Source: an uncultured Actinomycetes bacterium (GTDB lineage Bacteria; Actinomycetota; Thermoleophilia; Solirubrobacterales; 70-9). Taken from it: a stretch of DNA of 64,000 nucleotides. The translations under genes and the position numbers were made by a program. Of the stretch, positions 7,813 through 20,087 are shown in pieces (positions within the stretch are counted from its first letter, which is position 1; every line of letters begins with the position of its first letter). Location of the stretch: the NCBI GenBank assembly GCA_963740145.1, contig CAVUDI010000002.1, positions 36,579 through 100,578 on the forward strand. Direction: 5' to 3'. The notes under the pieces are model-generated. The model had not been told where the DNA came from. It was given only the letters and a program-made list of their open reading frames with translations, and did not search any database.

Positions 7813-8492
7813 CCAGCTGCGGGCTCGTCCCACTCGAACGGCGGGTACTTGGTGACCATGAACAGCGCGTAGACGGAAGCGCGGATCTGCCACCGGGACG
7901 GGATCAGAATCAGCTTGAACATGCCCTCGGGGAGGTTCTTCGTGAACAGGATCACGAAGACGCCGATCAGGGCGACGACCCCGGCGAGATAGGAGAGCAC
8001 CCCAGCGACGATCGCATAAGGAATGATCAACAGCCAGTGGACCAGCGGGCGCCAGCGGTTCACGCCCTCGGCCGGGTACGTGATCTCGAGTTGCGCCGGG
8101 TACGCCGGGTCCTGATCCAGGGCGAACGGCGGGTACCTGTCAGTGAGCAGGTACACGTAGGCGGTGACGTTCCAGGACCACCGCAGCACCCCGCTGACGA
8201 AGTTGAAGATGCCCTCGGGATAGCGACCAGTGATCAGAACCGCGAAGAACGCGATGATCTTCGCGAAGAAGACGCCGATGAACAGGAAGAAGAGAACGAA
8301 GTAATGCGGAATCGCTAGCAGCCACTTGACCAGCGGCAGGAAGCGGTTGTACTCCTCCTGGCGCTCAGCCTCGACCTGGACCGGGTACGCCCCCGCAGGA
8401 CTCACCGATGGCGGCGGTGCGGGCGGCTCGGCTCCACCGGGCGGGCCCGTCGGCGTCTCCGGTGCCCCGGGCGACTCTGGCGTTTCGGTCAT
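7797..8492 (-). CDS. DUF4389-type membrane protein (two repeats)
   Basis: FLPLVKWLLAIPHYFVLFFL...ITGRYPEGIFNFVSGVLRWSWNVTAYVYLLTDRYPPF, repeated once more. The N-terminus is Pro-rich. Confidence 0.85.
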   Translation of the reverse strand: MTETPESPGAPETPTGPPGGAEPPAPPPSVSPAGAYPVQVEAERQEEYNRFLPLVKWLLAIPHYFVLFFLFIGVFFAKIIAFFAVLITGRYPEGIFNFVSGVLRWSWNVTAYVYLLTDRYPPFALDQDPAYPAQLEITYPAEGVNRWRPLVHWLLIIPYAIVAGVLSYLAGVVALIGVFVILFTKNLPEGMFKLILIPSRWQIRASVYALFMVTKYPPFEWDEPAAGRPAP

Positions 8493-8545
8493 GGCCTCTC
8501 CCTTCGGTTAACGAAGCGGGCGCATGATCCCACGCGGTCCGGCGG

Positions 8546-9559
<1,014 letters not shown>

Positions 9560-9566
9560 CGGGACT

Positions 9567-9968
9567 TTATGCGTCGGGCCGTTTCATGAACCACTCGGTG
9601 AACTCCCGGCAGCGGCCGTCGTCGTCGAAGCGCATCACGAAACAGTTGTCGTAGATCACGTCGATCGGCCCGCCGGGCCCACGCGTATAGGTGCTGCTCC
9701 CGGTCGCCACGGCGACGTCCCCGTCCACCGCAACGGGTTCATAGGAGGCGTCGTACGTCCCCTTCTCGTCTCGCTCCTCGACCCCCTCGTACTCTCCCTC
9801 TCCGAGCCAGGCTTCGACCACGGCCTGACGGCCCACCACCGGCTCGTCATAGGGGTGGTAGCGGTACTTCACGTCGTCTGAGAACAGGGCGCCGATCGCC
9901 TCCCGGTCGTACGACTTCCAGGCGTCCACGTAGGCGGCAAGCCAGGCAGCGACGGTGGCGGCGTCCAT
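9567..9968 (-). CDS. NTF2-like (SnoaL/DUF4440-type) protein embedded between menE and ilvC
   Basis: Start taken at [54 protein letters not shown] (ATG complement at 9966-9968). Gaps are 5 nt to the menE stop and 7 nt to the ilvC start. Confidence 0.8.
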   Translation of the reverse strand: MDAATVAAWLAAYVDAWKSYDREAIGALFSDDVKYRYHPYDEPVVGRQAVVEAWLGEGEYEGVEERDEKGTYDASYEPVAVDGDVAVATGSSTYTRGPGGPIDVIYDNCFVMRFDDDGRCREFTEWFMKRPDA

Positions 9969-9973
9969 GGGAC

Positions 9974-11299
9974 TCAGCGCAGCGCCTGGCGCAGCAACTT
10001 GCCCGAGTCGGTGCGCGGCAGTTCGGAGACGAACTCGAAGCGCTTGGGGACCTTGTATCCGGCCAGCGACTGGGCACAGTGCTGGCGAAGCTCGACGGCG
10101 TCGACCGTCGCGCCGTCCCGAAGCACGACCACCGCCTCCACGGCCTCCTGCCACTCGGCATCGGCGCGGCCGACCGCGGCGGCGTCGGCTACGCCCGGGT
10201 GGCTGAGCAGGACTTCCTCGACCTCGGCGGGCAGCACGCTCTCGCCACCGCTCACGATCACGTCGCCGAGGCGGTCCTCGACGTACAGGAAGCCCTCGTC
10301 GTCGATTCGGCCCAGGTCACCGGTGTGGAACCAGCCATCCTCGTCCGCGCACCCCGGCGCGACCACGGGCCCCTGGACCAGGATCTCGCCGTCCTGGATC
10401 CGCAGGTGCGTGGTGAGCAGGGGCCGACCTGCCGAGCCGAGCTTGCGTCGCGCCTCCTGCGGGGCGAGCGTCGTCACCTGCGAGGCGGTCTCGGTGAGGC
10501 CGTATGTCTGAACAATGGCGGCGTCACGGCCGATCGCCTCTTCCAGAACCTCAAGCCGTACCGGTCCGCCGCCGACCAGGATCGCGCGCGGCCCGGAGAG
10601 GTCCACCCCGGCCTCGAGCAGGCGGGTGAGCTGCGTGGTGACGACCGACATCAGCGTCACCCCGTCACGCTCGAGGGCCTCCGCAACGCTCTCGACCGCG
10701 AAGCCGTCGTGCACCACGGCACCGGTCCCGTAGATCACGGAGCGCAGCACGATCTCCAGCCCGGCCACGTGGTAGAGCGGCAGGCAGCAGAGCCAGCGGT
10801 CGGACGGGTCGACACCCAGGTTGAAGGCGGAGCCGACCGCGCTCCACAGGTGGTTTCCGTAGGTGAGCCCGATCGGCCGGGGGTGCCCGGAGGTGCCGCT
10901 GGTCAGGACGCGGCAGTGGATGGCGTCGAGATCGTGCTCGCCGAGCAGTGGGAGGTCCGCCTCGGGACCACCCACATCGCCGGCCTCCGAGACGACGAGT
11001 ACTGGACCGGCGCGCTCGAGCTCGGCTTCCCGCTCGCGGGGCGCCAGCCGCGTGTTCAGCGGCTGGGCGATCGCGCCCAGCTTCATCAGCGCGTGAAGGA
11101 GGACCACGTAGTCGCCGCCGACGGGGAGCTCCAGCGTCACCGTCGCGCCGCGCCGGACGCCGTGAGCGGCCAGCCGCCGGGCAGCCGCGGTGGCTTCGGC
11201 CTCCAGCTCCTCGTAGGTGAGATGGCGCCCTTCGACGACCAGCGCCGCGCGGTCGGGGCACGTCTGGGCGCGCTGGGCGAGCCAGTTGTCCAGCATCAT
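9974..11299 (-). CDS. menE: o-succinylbenzoate-CoA ligase (AMP-dependent synthetase)
   Basis: [48 protein letters not shown], and the men-cluster context. Start taken at [11 protein letters not shown]; the track ORF extends to 11350. Confidence 0.85.
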   Translation of the reverse strand: MMLDNWLAQRAQTCPDRAALVVEGRHLTYEELEAEATAAARRLAAHGVRRGATVTLELPVGGDYVVLLHALMKLGAIAQPLNTRLAPREREAELERAGPVLVVSEAGDVGGPEADLPLLGEHDLDAIHCRVLTSGTSGHPRPIGLTYGNHLWSAVGSAFNLGVDPSDRWLCCLPLYHVAGLEIVLRSVIYGTGAVVHDGFAVESVAEALERDGVTLMSVVTTQLTRLLEAGVDLSGPRAILVGGGPVRLEVLEEAIGRDAAIVQTYGLTETASQVTTLAPQEARRKLGSAGRPLLTTHLRIQDGEILVQGPVVAPGCADEDGWFHTGDLGRIDDEGFLYVEDRLGDVIVSGGESVLPAEVEEVLLSHPGVADAAAVGRADAEWQEAVEAVVVLRDGATVDAVELRQHCAQSLAGYKVPKRFEFVSELPRTDSGKLLRQALR

Positions 11300-11319
11300 C
11301 CCCAGGGATAATCCCTCAC

Positions 11320-12198
11320 GTGCCGATTCCCCACAAGGACGCACCGTCAACCGATGAGCTCTACGCGCCGATCGAGTGGCGCGCGGCGGGCGAGTTCGAG
11401 GACATCCTCTACGAGAAGGCGGAGGGGATCGCCAAGGTCTCCATCAACCGGCCCGAGGTGCGAAATGCCTTCCGTCCGCAGACGCTCGCCGAGCTGCGAG
11501 ATGCGTTCGCCCGTGCCCGCGACGATCTAGAGGTCGGGGCGATCATCCTCACCGGCGCCGGCCAGGACGCCTTCTGCTCGGGCGGCGACCAGCGGATCCG
11601 CGGCGACGACGGCTACATCGGCGACGACGAGGTCGCCCAGCGCGGCGTCGGTCGCCTCGACGTCGGCGACCTGCACGTCCAGATCCGGCGCACGCCGAAG
11701 CCGGTCGTGGCGATGGTCGCCGGCTTCGCGGTCGGCGGGGGCCACATCCTGCACCTGGTCTGCGACCTGACGATCGCCGCGGACAACGCCCGCTTCGGCC
11801 AAACCGGTCCCCGCGTGGGCAGCTTCGACGGCGGCTTCGGAGCTGCCCTGCTCGCGCGCAACGTCGGCGTCAAGCGCGCCAAGGAGATCTGGTTTCTCTG
11901 CCGCCTGTACACGGCCGAGGAGGCCCTCGAGATGGGGCTCGTCAACGCCGTCGTCCCGCTGGCCGAGCTGGAGCGCGAGACCGTCGCCTGGTGCCGCGAG
12001 ATGTCAGCGCTCTCGCCGCTTGCCCTGCGGCTGCTGAAGGCGAGCTTCAACGCCGCCGAGGACGGGCTGACCGGCCTCCAGCAGCTCTCCCACGACGCGA
12101 CCCTCCTCTTCTACATGACCGAGGAGGGGCAAGAGGGGCGAAACGCCTACGTCGAGGGCCGCCGCCCCGACTTCTCGAAGTTCCCGAAACGTCCGTAA
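11320..12198 (+). CDS. menB: 1,4-dihydroxy-2-naphthoyl-CoA synthase
   Basis: 292-aa crotonase fold: [53 protein letters not shown]. Confidence 0.95.
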   Translation: MPIPHKDAPSTDELYAPIEWRAAGEFEDILYEKAEGIAKVSINRPEVRNAFRPQTLAELRDAFARARDDLEVGAIILTGAGQDAFCSGGDQRIRGDDGYIGDDEVAQRGVGRLDVGDLHVQIRRTPKPVVAMVAGFAVGGGHILHLVCDLTIAADNARFGQTGPRVGSFDGGFGAALLARNVGVKRAKEIWFLCRLYTAEEALEMGLVNAVVPLAELERETVAWCREMSALSPLALRLLKASFNAAEDGLTGLQQLSHDATLLFYMTEEGQEGRNAYVEGRRPDFSKFPKRP

Positions 12199-12202
12199 GC
12201 CG

Positions 12203-13091
12203 GTGGGCAACTTTCGGATCTGGGTTATGGCGGCTCAGGCCGCGCACGCTGCCGGCGGCCATCGCTCCGGTGCTGGTGGGGACGGCGGCCGCGGTGGAGG
12301 TCAGCGACGAGATCCGGGTCGGCGCCTTCATCGCGGCGCTGGTGGGGAGCGTCTTCATCCAGATTGGGACCAACCTGGCCAACGACTACTCCGACGCCAG
12401 GCGAGGGGCCGACACGGCCGACCGGCTGGGGCCCGTTCGGGTCACCTCCTCGGGCCTGGTGGCGCCGCGGCGGGTGCTGGTCGCGACCTGGGTCGCCTTC
12501 GCGGTCGCCGTGGCGGCGGGCATCTACCTGGCCACGGTCGCCGGCGTGGTGATCCTGATCGTGGGCGCCGCCTCGATCCTCGCCGGGGTCCTGTACACGG
12601 GCGGCCCGCGCCCCTACGGCTACGAGGGGCTCGGGGAGCTGTTCGTGTTCCTGTTCTTCGGCCTGGTGGCCGTCAACGGCTCCTACTACGTCCAGCTCGA
12701 GCGGCTCGACTGGCTGCCCTTCGGCCTCTCATTCGCCGTCGGTTTCCTCGCCACGGCCATCCTGGTCGTCAACAACGTGCGCGACCTGGACACCGACCGG
12801 CGAGCGGGAAAGATGACGCTCGCGGTGCGGTTGGGCCGGCGGCGAACGCGCAGCCTGTACGCGCTGCTGATCGCCGCCGCCTTCGTCGCGGTGCCGATCA
12901 CGCTGCTGGCGGCGGACGGGCCCGCCTGGGGCCTCTTGATGCTGCTCTCGGCGCCGCTGGTCCCCCGCCCGCTCGCCGCCGTGATGACGCGGACGGACGG
13001 GCCCTCGCTGAACGGGGCCCTGGCGGGCACCGGCGCCCTGCTCGCGGCCTTCAGCGCCCTGCTCGCGGCCGGCCTGGTGATCGCCGCCTGA
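12203..13091 (+). CDS. menA: 1,4-dihydroxy-2-naphthoate polyprenyltransferase; +1 indel right after the start codon as assembled
   Basis: UbiA-family membrane protein: [20 protein letters not shown]...[12 protein letters not shown]...[19 protein letters not shown]. The coding frame has no ATG, GTG or TTG upstream of the conserved N-terminus. Removing one G from GTGGGCAAC (12203-12211) gives GTG-start [17 protein letters not shown]. Confidence 0.85.
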
Positions 13092-14205
13092 GTGAGCATG
13101 CGGATCACCGAGGTCGAGATCATTCCCTACGCGCTCCCGCTCGAGCGGCCCTATGTGACCGCCCGCGGGACGCTCGAGCGGCGGGAGATGCTCCTGCTGC
13201 GGCTGCGAACCGAAGCGGGCGTCGTCGGCCTCGGCGAGGGCGTGCCGCTCTCTCTCCGCGGCGGCGCCACGCTCGAGCGGGTCGAGCGGTCGCTGGTCCG
13301 CCTCACCAGACGCCTAGCCAAGCTCGACGTGGCGGCGATGGCCTCGGACGAACCGCTTGCCGCGGCGGTGGATGCGGTGATCCACGTCGCGGCCGGGCGG
13401 CGGCTTCCCGCGCCCGCCAAGGCGGCGGTGGAGATGGCGCTGTTCGACCTCGCTGGTCGGATCTCGGGGACGCCGCTGTGGCGGATGCTCCGCGGCGAGA
13501 CCTCGGCGCCGTTGCGTTGCAACGCGACGCTGTCCGCCGACTCGCCGCGACGATTGGCCGCCGAGGCGGCCGCCTGGAGAGAGCGTGGCTTCGAGACCTT
13601 CAAGCTGAAGCTCGGAATCGGGCGACGACGTCGAACGGGCGCGAGCGGTCCGCGAGGCGGTGGGCAAGGATGCGCGCCTGCGGGTGGACGCCAACGGCGC
13701 CTGGAGCGCCGATCGGGCCGTGGCCGTGCTGGAGGAGATCGAGCCGCTCGGGATCGAGCTGGTCGAGCAACCCACCGCGAGCCTCCGGGAGATGGCCGCC
13801 GTCGCCGCGGCGACGGCGATCCCGATCGCCGCCGACGAGAGCGTGACCAGCGCCAAGGAGGCGAAGCGGGCGGCGCAGTCGGGCGCCTGCCGTTGGGCCA
13901 CGGTGAAGCTGTCGAAGGTCGGTGGGATCGGCACCGCGGCCGGGATCGCCGACGAGCTGCCCGTCTACCTGTCCAGCTCCCTGGACGGACCGGTGGGAAT
14001 CGCCGCGGCGGCACATGCCGCCCAGGCGCTCTACCGCGATCGCGACGACCCCGGGCTCGCGCACGGGCTGGCCACGCAGGAGCTCTTCGGCGACACGATT
14101 GCCTCGGTCGAATGCGAGCTTCGTGGAGGGTTCCTGCACCTGCCCGAGGGGCCGGGCCTCGGGGTCGAGATCGACGAACGGGCTCTCGAGCGGCACCGTC
14201 TCTAG
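13092..14205 (+). CDS. menC: o-succinylbenzoate synthase (enolase superfamily); frame broken at about 13618-13623
   Basis: The N-part (frame of 13092) reads [32 protein letters not shown]...FKLKLGIG. The C-part (frame of 13660) reads ..[28 protein letters not shown]...LVEQP...IAADES. Confidence 0.85.
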
Positions 14206-14227
14206 CGCGCGGGTACCGTTCGCTGCG

Positions 14228-15983
14228 GTGGACTCCACCAACCGCAACACAGCGCTCGCCTCGGCGCTGGTCGAGGAGCTGGCCCGCTGCGGGGTCCGCC
14301 GGGCGGCGCTGGCCCCAGGCTCCCGGTCCACCCCCCTGGCCCTCGCCCTGTGGCGCCAGCCGGCGATCGAGGTGGCCGTGATCGTCGACGAGCGCTCCGC
14401 TGGCTACTTCGCCCTCGGCGCAGCCCAGGCGACCGGCCGGCCGGCGGCGATCCTGTGCACCTCGGGCACCGCGGCGGCCAACCTGCATCCCGCGGTCTGC
14501 GAGGCCGACGAGGCAGGCGTCCCGCTGATCGTCCTCACCGCCGACCGCCCAGCCGAGCTGCGCGGGATCGGCGCCGGTCAGACGATCGACCAGTTGAAGC
14601 TCTATGGATCCGCCGTGCGTTGGTTCTGCGAGGTCGGCAACCACGAGGCCGACGACGCAGGCCTGCTCCACTTCCGCTCCGTTGCCTGCCGCGCCTACGC
14701 CGCGGCGCGCGGGGAGCCGCGCCCCGGGCCGGTCCACCTCAACGTAGCCTGGCGCGACCCGCTGGGACCAGAGCCCCACCCCGGGGACGTGACGGCGACC
14801 TCGCCGCTGGCGCTGGAGGGTCGCGGCGAGCGGCCGCTGACCGCGGTCGCCTCGACCCCGCCGCGGGCCGACGAGGCGCTGGTCGACGAGCTCGCCGAGC
14901 GGGTGTCGGCGTCGCCACGGGGCCTGATCGTCGCCGGCCGGCAGCTCGACGAGAGGCTCGCCGGGCCGGTGGCCTCCTTGGCCGAGCGGGCGGGCTACCC
15001 GATACTCGCCGAGCCCACCTCGCAGCTCCGCCTTGGGGACCATGATCGCGAGCTCGTCGTCTGGCCGTACGACGCGATCGCCCGCCTGCGGCCTCCGGAG
15101 CTGGCGCCCGAGCTGGTGGTCCGCTTCGGCGACCTGCCGACCAGCAAGGCGCTTCGCCAGTGGCTCGCCTCCCTTCCCGAGCTGCGACAGGTAGTCGTCG
15201 ACCCGGCGTTCGGCTGGAACGAGCCCTCGAACCAGGCGGAGACGATCGTGCGGGCCGAGGCGCGATCCTTGGCCAGCGGGCTGGCCGAGCGCCTCGCGGG
15301 TGCCGCCGCAGCCCTGGCAAGCCGCCTGGGTGGAGGCCGGGCGACAGGCCGCGGCGGCCATCGAGGCCGAAGTGGAGGCGCTGGAGGAGCCGACGGAGCC
15401 GGGCGCGCACGCGGCGCTCGCGCGCCTGTACGCCGACGGGGATCTCGTCTACACGGCCTCCTCGATGCCGATCCGCGACCAGGAGGCGTTCGTGCCGTCA
15501 GCCGCGACGCAGGTGAGGTTCCTCTGCAACCGGGGCGCGAACGGCATCGACGGCCTGATCTCCTCGGGGATCGGGGCCGCCGCCGCCAGCGGCCGTCCCA
15601 CCTGGATCGTGACGGGCGACCTCGGCCTCCACCACGACATGAACGGCCTCGCGGCGGTTCGCCACGCGAGCTCCCCGGTGCGGATCGTGGTGCTCAACAA
15701 CGACGGCGGCGGGATCTTCGAGTTCCTGCCGCAGGCCGCGCAACTCGATCGCGACGAGTTCGAGGCGCTGCTGGGGACGCCGATGGGGCTCGACCCGGCG
15801 CGGATCGCCGCGGTGTACGGCCTGCCTCACGCGCGCGTGGAGCGGCTGGATGGGCTGGCGGACGCCGCTGGCCAGGGGACCGCGATGATCGAGGTCCCGG
15901 TCGACCGGCGGCGAAACGTGGAGCTGCACAGGCGGATCGCGGAGCGGGTCGGCGAGGCGCTTGGCGCCCGCCAGGGCGCCTGA
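14228..15983 (+). CDS. menD: SEPHCHC synthase (ThDP-dependent); frame broken at about 15300
   Basis: GTG start: VDSTNRNTALASALVEELARCGVRRAALAPGSRSTPLALAL...TADRPAELRGIGAGQTIDQ. The C-part in the 15300 frame reads ..SSMPIRDQEAF...GANGIDGLISS...GDLGLHHDMNGL...LNNDGGGIF. Confidence 0.88.
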
Positions 15984-15994
15984 CCCGCTGACCG

Positions 15995-17386
15995 CTAGCC
16001 GGAGAGCAGCGGCAGGAGCGCCTCCAGCTTCACCTCTGTCTCCGCCAGCTCAGCTGTGGGATCGGAGTCGGTGACTATCCCGTTGCCCGCGAACAGGTGG
16101 GCCACGCGGTCACGCAGCAGCGCGGAGCGAATCGCGACGCAGAACTCGCCGTCCTCGGCGGCGTCCATCCAGCCGACGGGCCCCGCGTACCATCCGCGGT
16201 CGAGCTGCTCGAGCTCGGCGATCGTGGCGAGCGCTCGTTCGCGAGGTTCGCCGCCGACGGCCGGCGTCGGGTGCAGCAGCCCCGCCAGCTCGACCGCGGA
16301 CCGCGGCTCGGAGAGCTGGGCGCGGAGCGGCGTCGCCAGGTGCTGGATGTTGGCCACCTTGACCAGCCCCGGCTCGGGCGCGGCCTCGACCCACACCGAC
16401 TGGTTGCGCAGCGCGCGCTCGATCCGCCGGACGACGATCTCGTGTTCGCGACGCTCCTTGGCGGAGCGCAGAAGCTGCTCGCCGAGGTGATCGTCAACCG
16501 CGGGGTCGGCGCTGCGGCGGGTGGAGCCAGCCAGCGCGACCGTCGCCGCCCCCGCCCCGGCACGACGCACGAGCAGCTCCGGGCTGGCGCCGAGGAAGGC
16601 GGCCTCGGGCGAGCCGCAGCAGAAGCAGAAGCAGGACGCAAACAGCTCCCGGAGCGCACCGTAGATGGCCGCCGGCTCGTGGGCCTGGGGTGCCTCGACC
16701 ACCACCTCCCGCGCGAGCACCACCTTCTCCAGCTCGCCGGCGCGGATCCGCCCCAGCGCCTGCGCCACCGATTCCTCGAACCGCCCCGGCGGGAGCACGC
16801 TCGCGATTCGGGCCTCGCTCGTCGGATGGGGATCGAGAAGCGGCAGGGTCGCCTCGCTCAGCGCGGCCAGCCTGGCGCCCAGCCTCCGCGTGACGGCCGC
16901 CGGATCGACGCCTGGACCGGCCAGCGCAGAAAGGGTCAGATGGGTGCGGCCGCCGATCCGGTGGAGCGCCAGCTCGGGCATCATCATGAGCGCGGGTGGA
17001 AACGAGGACCAATGGGCAGCCCGCCCGCCGTCGGGCGCGAACGCAAACCCCCCCACCCAAACCGGGCCGACCCCCGCCGGCAGACGATCCGGCTCGTCGC
17101 TGAGACGCCCGCGCGTCACCTCGGCGCAGGCGGCTACCAGGTCACCGAAGCGCTCGGGGCCGCGGGAGACGACCTCGTGCGCGCTGCCCAACGCGGCGAG
17201 CGCAAACCCGTCGCGATCGGGCTGCTCCCAGCAGAACCAGCGGTCGCCGGCGAGCCGGGAACCGAACACCGCCGCACTGGGGTCCTCGAGCTCAACCGGC
17301 ACCGTGACGCTGACCAATCGCCGCCTCCCCCCCGCCTCGGCGAGCAGCGCCTCCAGCGACTCGAGGGCGGCGGTCGCCGCAATCAA
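15995..17386 (-). CDS. menF: isochorismate synthase
   Basis: 463-aa chorismate-binding core: ..[12 protein letters not shown]...[13 protein letters not shown]...GWYAGPVGW...CVAIRSAL. Confidence 0.9.
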   Translation of the reverse strand: MIAATAALESLEALLAEAGGRRRLVSVTVPVELEDPSAAVFGSRLAGDRWFCWEQPDRDGFALAALGSAHEVVSRGPERFGDLVAACAEVTRGRLSDEPDRLPAGVGPVWVGGFAFAPDGGRAAHWSSFPPALMMMPELALHRIGGRTHLTLSALAGPGVDPAAVTRRLGARLAALSEATLPLLDPHPTSEARIASVLPPGRFEESVAQALGRIRAGELEKVVLAREVVVEAPQAHEPAAIYGALRELFASCFCFCCGSPEAAFLGASPELLVRRAGAGAATVALAGSTRRSADPAVDDHLGEQLLRSAKERREHEIVVRRIERALRNQSVWVEAAPEPGLVKVANIQHLATPLRAQLSEPRSAVELAGLLHPTPAVGGEPRERALATIAELEQLDRGWYAGPVGWMDAAEDGEFCVAIRSALLRDRVAHLFAGNGIVTDSDPTAELAETEVKLEALLPLLSG

Positions 17387-17393
17387 GGCGAGG

Positions 17394-17945
17394 CTACTGG
17401 TCCGGCCTGGAGCGCGTGATTGCGACTTCGCCGGTGCGGGCCATCTCGATCAACCCGTGGGGCCTCACCATGCGCTCGAAGGCGTCGATCTTCTCGTTCG
17501 ATCCTGTGACCTCGATGGTCAAGGCGCGGCGCGAAACGTCGACGACCTTGGCCCTGAAGATGTTCGCGAACTGGATGATCTCGGCGCGGCTCTCGACCGC
17601 CGCCGTAACGCGGAACAGCGCCATCTCCCTGGAGATCGCCTGATCCGGCTCCATGTCCCGGATCTTGATCACGTTGACCAGCTTGTGCAGCTGCTTGGTG
17701 ACTTGATCGATCGGGTGCACGGCGCCGTCGAGGGTCAGCGTGATCCGCGAGACGTCGGGGTCCTCGGTGGGGCCGACGGCGAGGGTGTCGATGTTGAATC
17801 CGCGACGCGCGAACAGCCCCGCGATCCGCGCCAGCACACCCGGCTTGTTCTCGACCAGCAGCGAGAGGATGTGCTTGCGCCCGGTGAGGCCGCTGCCGAC
17901 CTCGAGGTCCTCGAGCTTGATCAGGTCCGGTGTTCCCGCTTCCAT
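17394..17945 (-). CDS. ilvN: acetolactate synthase small (regulatory) subunit
   Basis: [46 protein letters not shown] (ACT domain). Confidence 0.95.
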   Translation of the reverse strand: MEAGTPDLIKLEDLEVGSGLTGRKHILSLLVENKPGVLARIAGLFARRGFNIDTLAVGPTEDPDVSRITLTLDGAVHPIDQVTKQLHKLVNVIKIRDMEPDQAISREMALFRVTAAVESRAEIIQFANIFRAKVVDVSRRALTIEVTGSNEKIDAFERMVRPHGLIEMARTGEVAITRSRPDQ

Positions 17946-17947
17946 GA

Positions 17948-19627
17948 CTACCCCACCATGTCCCGTGCGGCGGCGCCGGCGGGGATCATCGGGAAGCAGT
18001 TCTCCGTCTTCGTCACCTGCACATCGAGCAGCACGGGGCCGTCCTTCTCCAGCGCGGCCTGCATCGCGTCCTCGACCTCGTTCTTGTCAGTGCAGCGAAT
18101 CCCGGTCCAGCCGAATGCCTCGGCCAGCTTCACCCAGTCGGGGCTGTCGCCCATCTCGACCGACTTGTAGCGGCCGTCCCAGAACAGCTCCTGCCACTGG
18201 CGGACCATCCCCATGTAGCCGTTGTTCATCAGGAAGACCTTGACGGGGATGTCGTGGACGGCGGCGGTGGCGAACTCCTGGCAGACCATCACCAGGCTGC
18301 CGTCCCCTGCCAGGCAGACCACCGTCTCGTCCGGCTTCGCCACCTTGGCGCCGATCGCCGCGGGCAGGCCGAAGCCCATCGTGCCCAGGCCACCCGAGTT
18401 GATCCAGCGACGCGGCTTCGAGAAGTCGTAGTACTGCGCACACCACATCTGGTGCTGACCGACGTCGGAGGTGATGATCGCGTCGCCCTCCGTGACCTTG
18501 TAGAGGGCCTCGATCATCCGCTGCGGCTTGATCTCCGAGTCCTCCGAGTCCTCGTAGCCAAGCGGGTACTCCTCCTGCCAGGCGCCGATCTGCTTCCACC
18601 ACGCGTCGAGCCGCTCGGGGTCCGGCTGCAAGCGCTCGTACTCCCTGGTCAGCTTCGGCAGCACGTCGGCGGCGTCGCCGACGATCGGGATGTGGGCGGG
18701 GACGTTCTTGGAGATCTCGGCAGGGTCGATGTCGATGTGAACGAACTTGGCCCGCGGGGCGAACTCGGCGAGCTTGCCGGTGATCCGGTCGTCGAAGCGG
18801 GCGCCGACCGCGACGATCAGGTCGGCGCTGTCCATGGCGTAGTTGGCGGTCCGGGTGCCGTGCATGCCGAGCATCCCAAGCCACTGCTCGTGCGGCGCCG
18901 GGAAGGCGCCCAGGCCCATCACGGTGAGCGTCACCGGGAGCCGGTCGGAGAGGCAGAAGGCGCGGAACTCCTCGGAGGCGTTCGCGTTGACGATCCCGCC
19001 GCCGCCGTAGATCACCGGCCGACGGGCATTGGCCAGCGCCTTGGCGGCGAGCCGAATCTGCTTGATGTTGCCCTCGGTCGGCGGCTTGTAGCCGGGCAGG
19101 TCGGGCGCTCCCTGCGCCGGCTCGTACTCGATGTCGGCGCGCGATAGGTCTTGCGGGACGTCGACGAGCACCGGGCCGGGGCGCCCGGTGGAAGCGATGT
19201 GAAATGCCTGGTGGATGTACTGGGGGATCTGGCGCGGATCGGTGACCAGGAAGGAGTGCTTGACGACCGGCAGCGTGATCCCGGTGACGTCGGCCTCCTG
19301 GAAACCGTCGGTGCCGATCAGCTCCGTGCGCACCTGACCGGTGATGAACACGGTCGGCACCGAGTCCATCATCGCGTCAGCGATCGCGGTGACCAGGTTT
19401 GTCGCTCCAGGCCCGGAGGTGGCGAAGGCGACGCCGACCTGGCCGGAGGCCTTCGCGTAGCCCTCCGCGGCGTGCCCGGCTCCCTGCTCGTGGCGCGACT
19501 GGATGTGGATCAGCTCGGCGTCGTAGAGGGCGTCGTAGGTGGGCAGGTTGGCGCCGCCGGGGATGCCGAAGACGTGCTCGACCCCCTCGGCCTTGAGCGC
19601 CTCACACAGTGCGTCCGCCGCCCTCAT
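17948..19627 (-). CDS. ilvB: acetolactate synthase large subunit
   Basis: 559 aa: MRAADALCEALKAEGVEHVFGIPGGANLPTYDAL...GLGTMGFGLPAAIGAKVA...GDGSLVM (ThDP motif). Confidence 0.96.
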   Translation of the reverse strand: MRAADALCEALKAEGVEHVFGIPGGANLPTYDALYDAELIHIQSRHEQGAGHAAEGYAKASGQVGVAFATSGPGATNLVTAIADAMMDSVPTVFITGQVRTELIGTDGFQEADVTGITLPVVKHSFLVTDPRQIPQYIHQAFHIASTGRPGPVLVDVPQDLSRADIEYEPAQGAPDLPGYKPPTEGNIKQIRLAAKALANARRPVIYGGGGIVNANASEEFRAFCLSDRLPVTLTVMGLGAFPAPHEQWLGMLGMHGTRTANYAMDSADLIVAVGARFDDRITGKLAEFAPRAKFVHIDIDPAEISKNVPAHIPIVGDAADVLPKLTREYERLQPDPERLDAWWKQIGAWQEEYPLGYEDSEDSEIKPQRMIEALYKVTEGDAIITSDVGQHQMWCAQYYDFSKPRRWINSGGLGTMGFGLPAAIGAKVAKPDETVVCLAGDGSLVMVCQEFATAAVHDIPVKVFLMNNGYMGMVRQWQELFWDGRYKSVEMGDSPDWVKLAEAFGWTGIRCTDKNEVEDAMQAALEKDGPVLLDVQVTKTENCFPMIPAGAAARDMVG

Positions 19628-19659
19628 GGCCTTGAACAGTAGAACAACGCGGCTGGCGC

Positions 19660-20082
19660 TTACACGAGCAGGTGCGGGTAGTCGCGCTCCAGCATCTCGC
19701 GGTACATCGCGAACACGGGCTTCGTGATCGGAATCAGCTTCAGCGCCGACTTGATGTCACCGGAGCTCTTGATCCGGCGCCTTGCCAGGGCCAGCGGCAC
19801 GTTCTCCTTGCCCTGGAAGTACCTGTTGGCGACCTCCGAGCTCATCGTCATCCCCACCTTGGGCTCCCAGGCGACGTCGTCCGACCACTCCCAGCGCAGG
19901 TTGTGCTCGCCCCCCTCCTCGTCGTAGGTGACGTTCACCACGGCGTCCTGGTCGGGGAACTCGAACCGCTGCGGCACCCGAGCGTCGCGGAGCTTCGGCC
20001 CCATCTCGGGATCGGTGCTCATCAGGGTGAAGGTCCTGTCCATCACCTCGCGGAACTCGCTCGCGGACTGGAATTCCGCCAT
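19660..20082 (-). CDS. SCP2 (sterol-carrier-protein-2-like) lipid-binding domain protein
   Basis: Start taken at MAEFQSASEFREVMDRTFTLMSTDPEMGPKLRDA... It ends ..GDIKSALKLIPITKPVFAMYREML. It lies 5 nt after the sqdB stop. Confidence 0.7.
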   Translation of the reverse strand: MAEFQSASEFREVMDRTFTLMSTDPEMGPKLRDARVPQRFEFPDQDAVVNVTYDEEGGEHNLRWEWSDDVAWEPKVGMTMSSEVANRYFQGKENVPLALARRRIKSSGDIKSALKLIPITKPVFAMYREMLERDYPHLLV

Positions 20083-20087
20083 CGTCC

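Noticed and set aside
13151-15361. Very long ORFs in the track with Arg/Pro/Gly/Ala-rich translations. Examples: 13151-15361 minus (736 aa), 1592-3394 plus, 24396-26426 plus, 38833-40263 minus, 56576-58987 plus, 16097-17419 plus.
   Set aside because: They lie antisense to, or out of frame with, genes that have clear homology (menC/menD, SnoaL genes, gatB, the sugar transferase, menF). Their composition is the usual shadow-frame artefact of a GC-rich genome, and they show no recognisable motifs.
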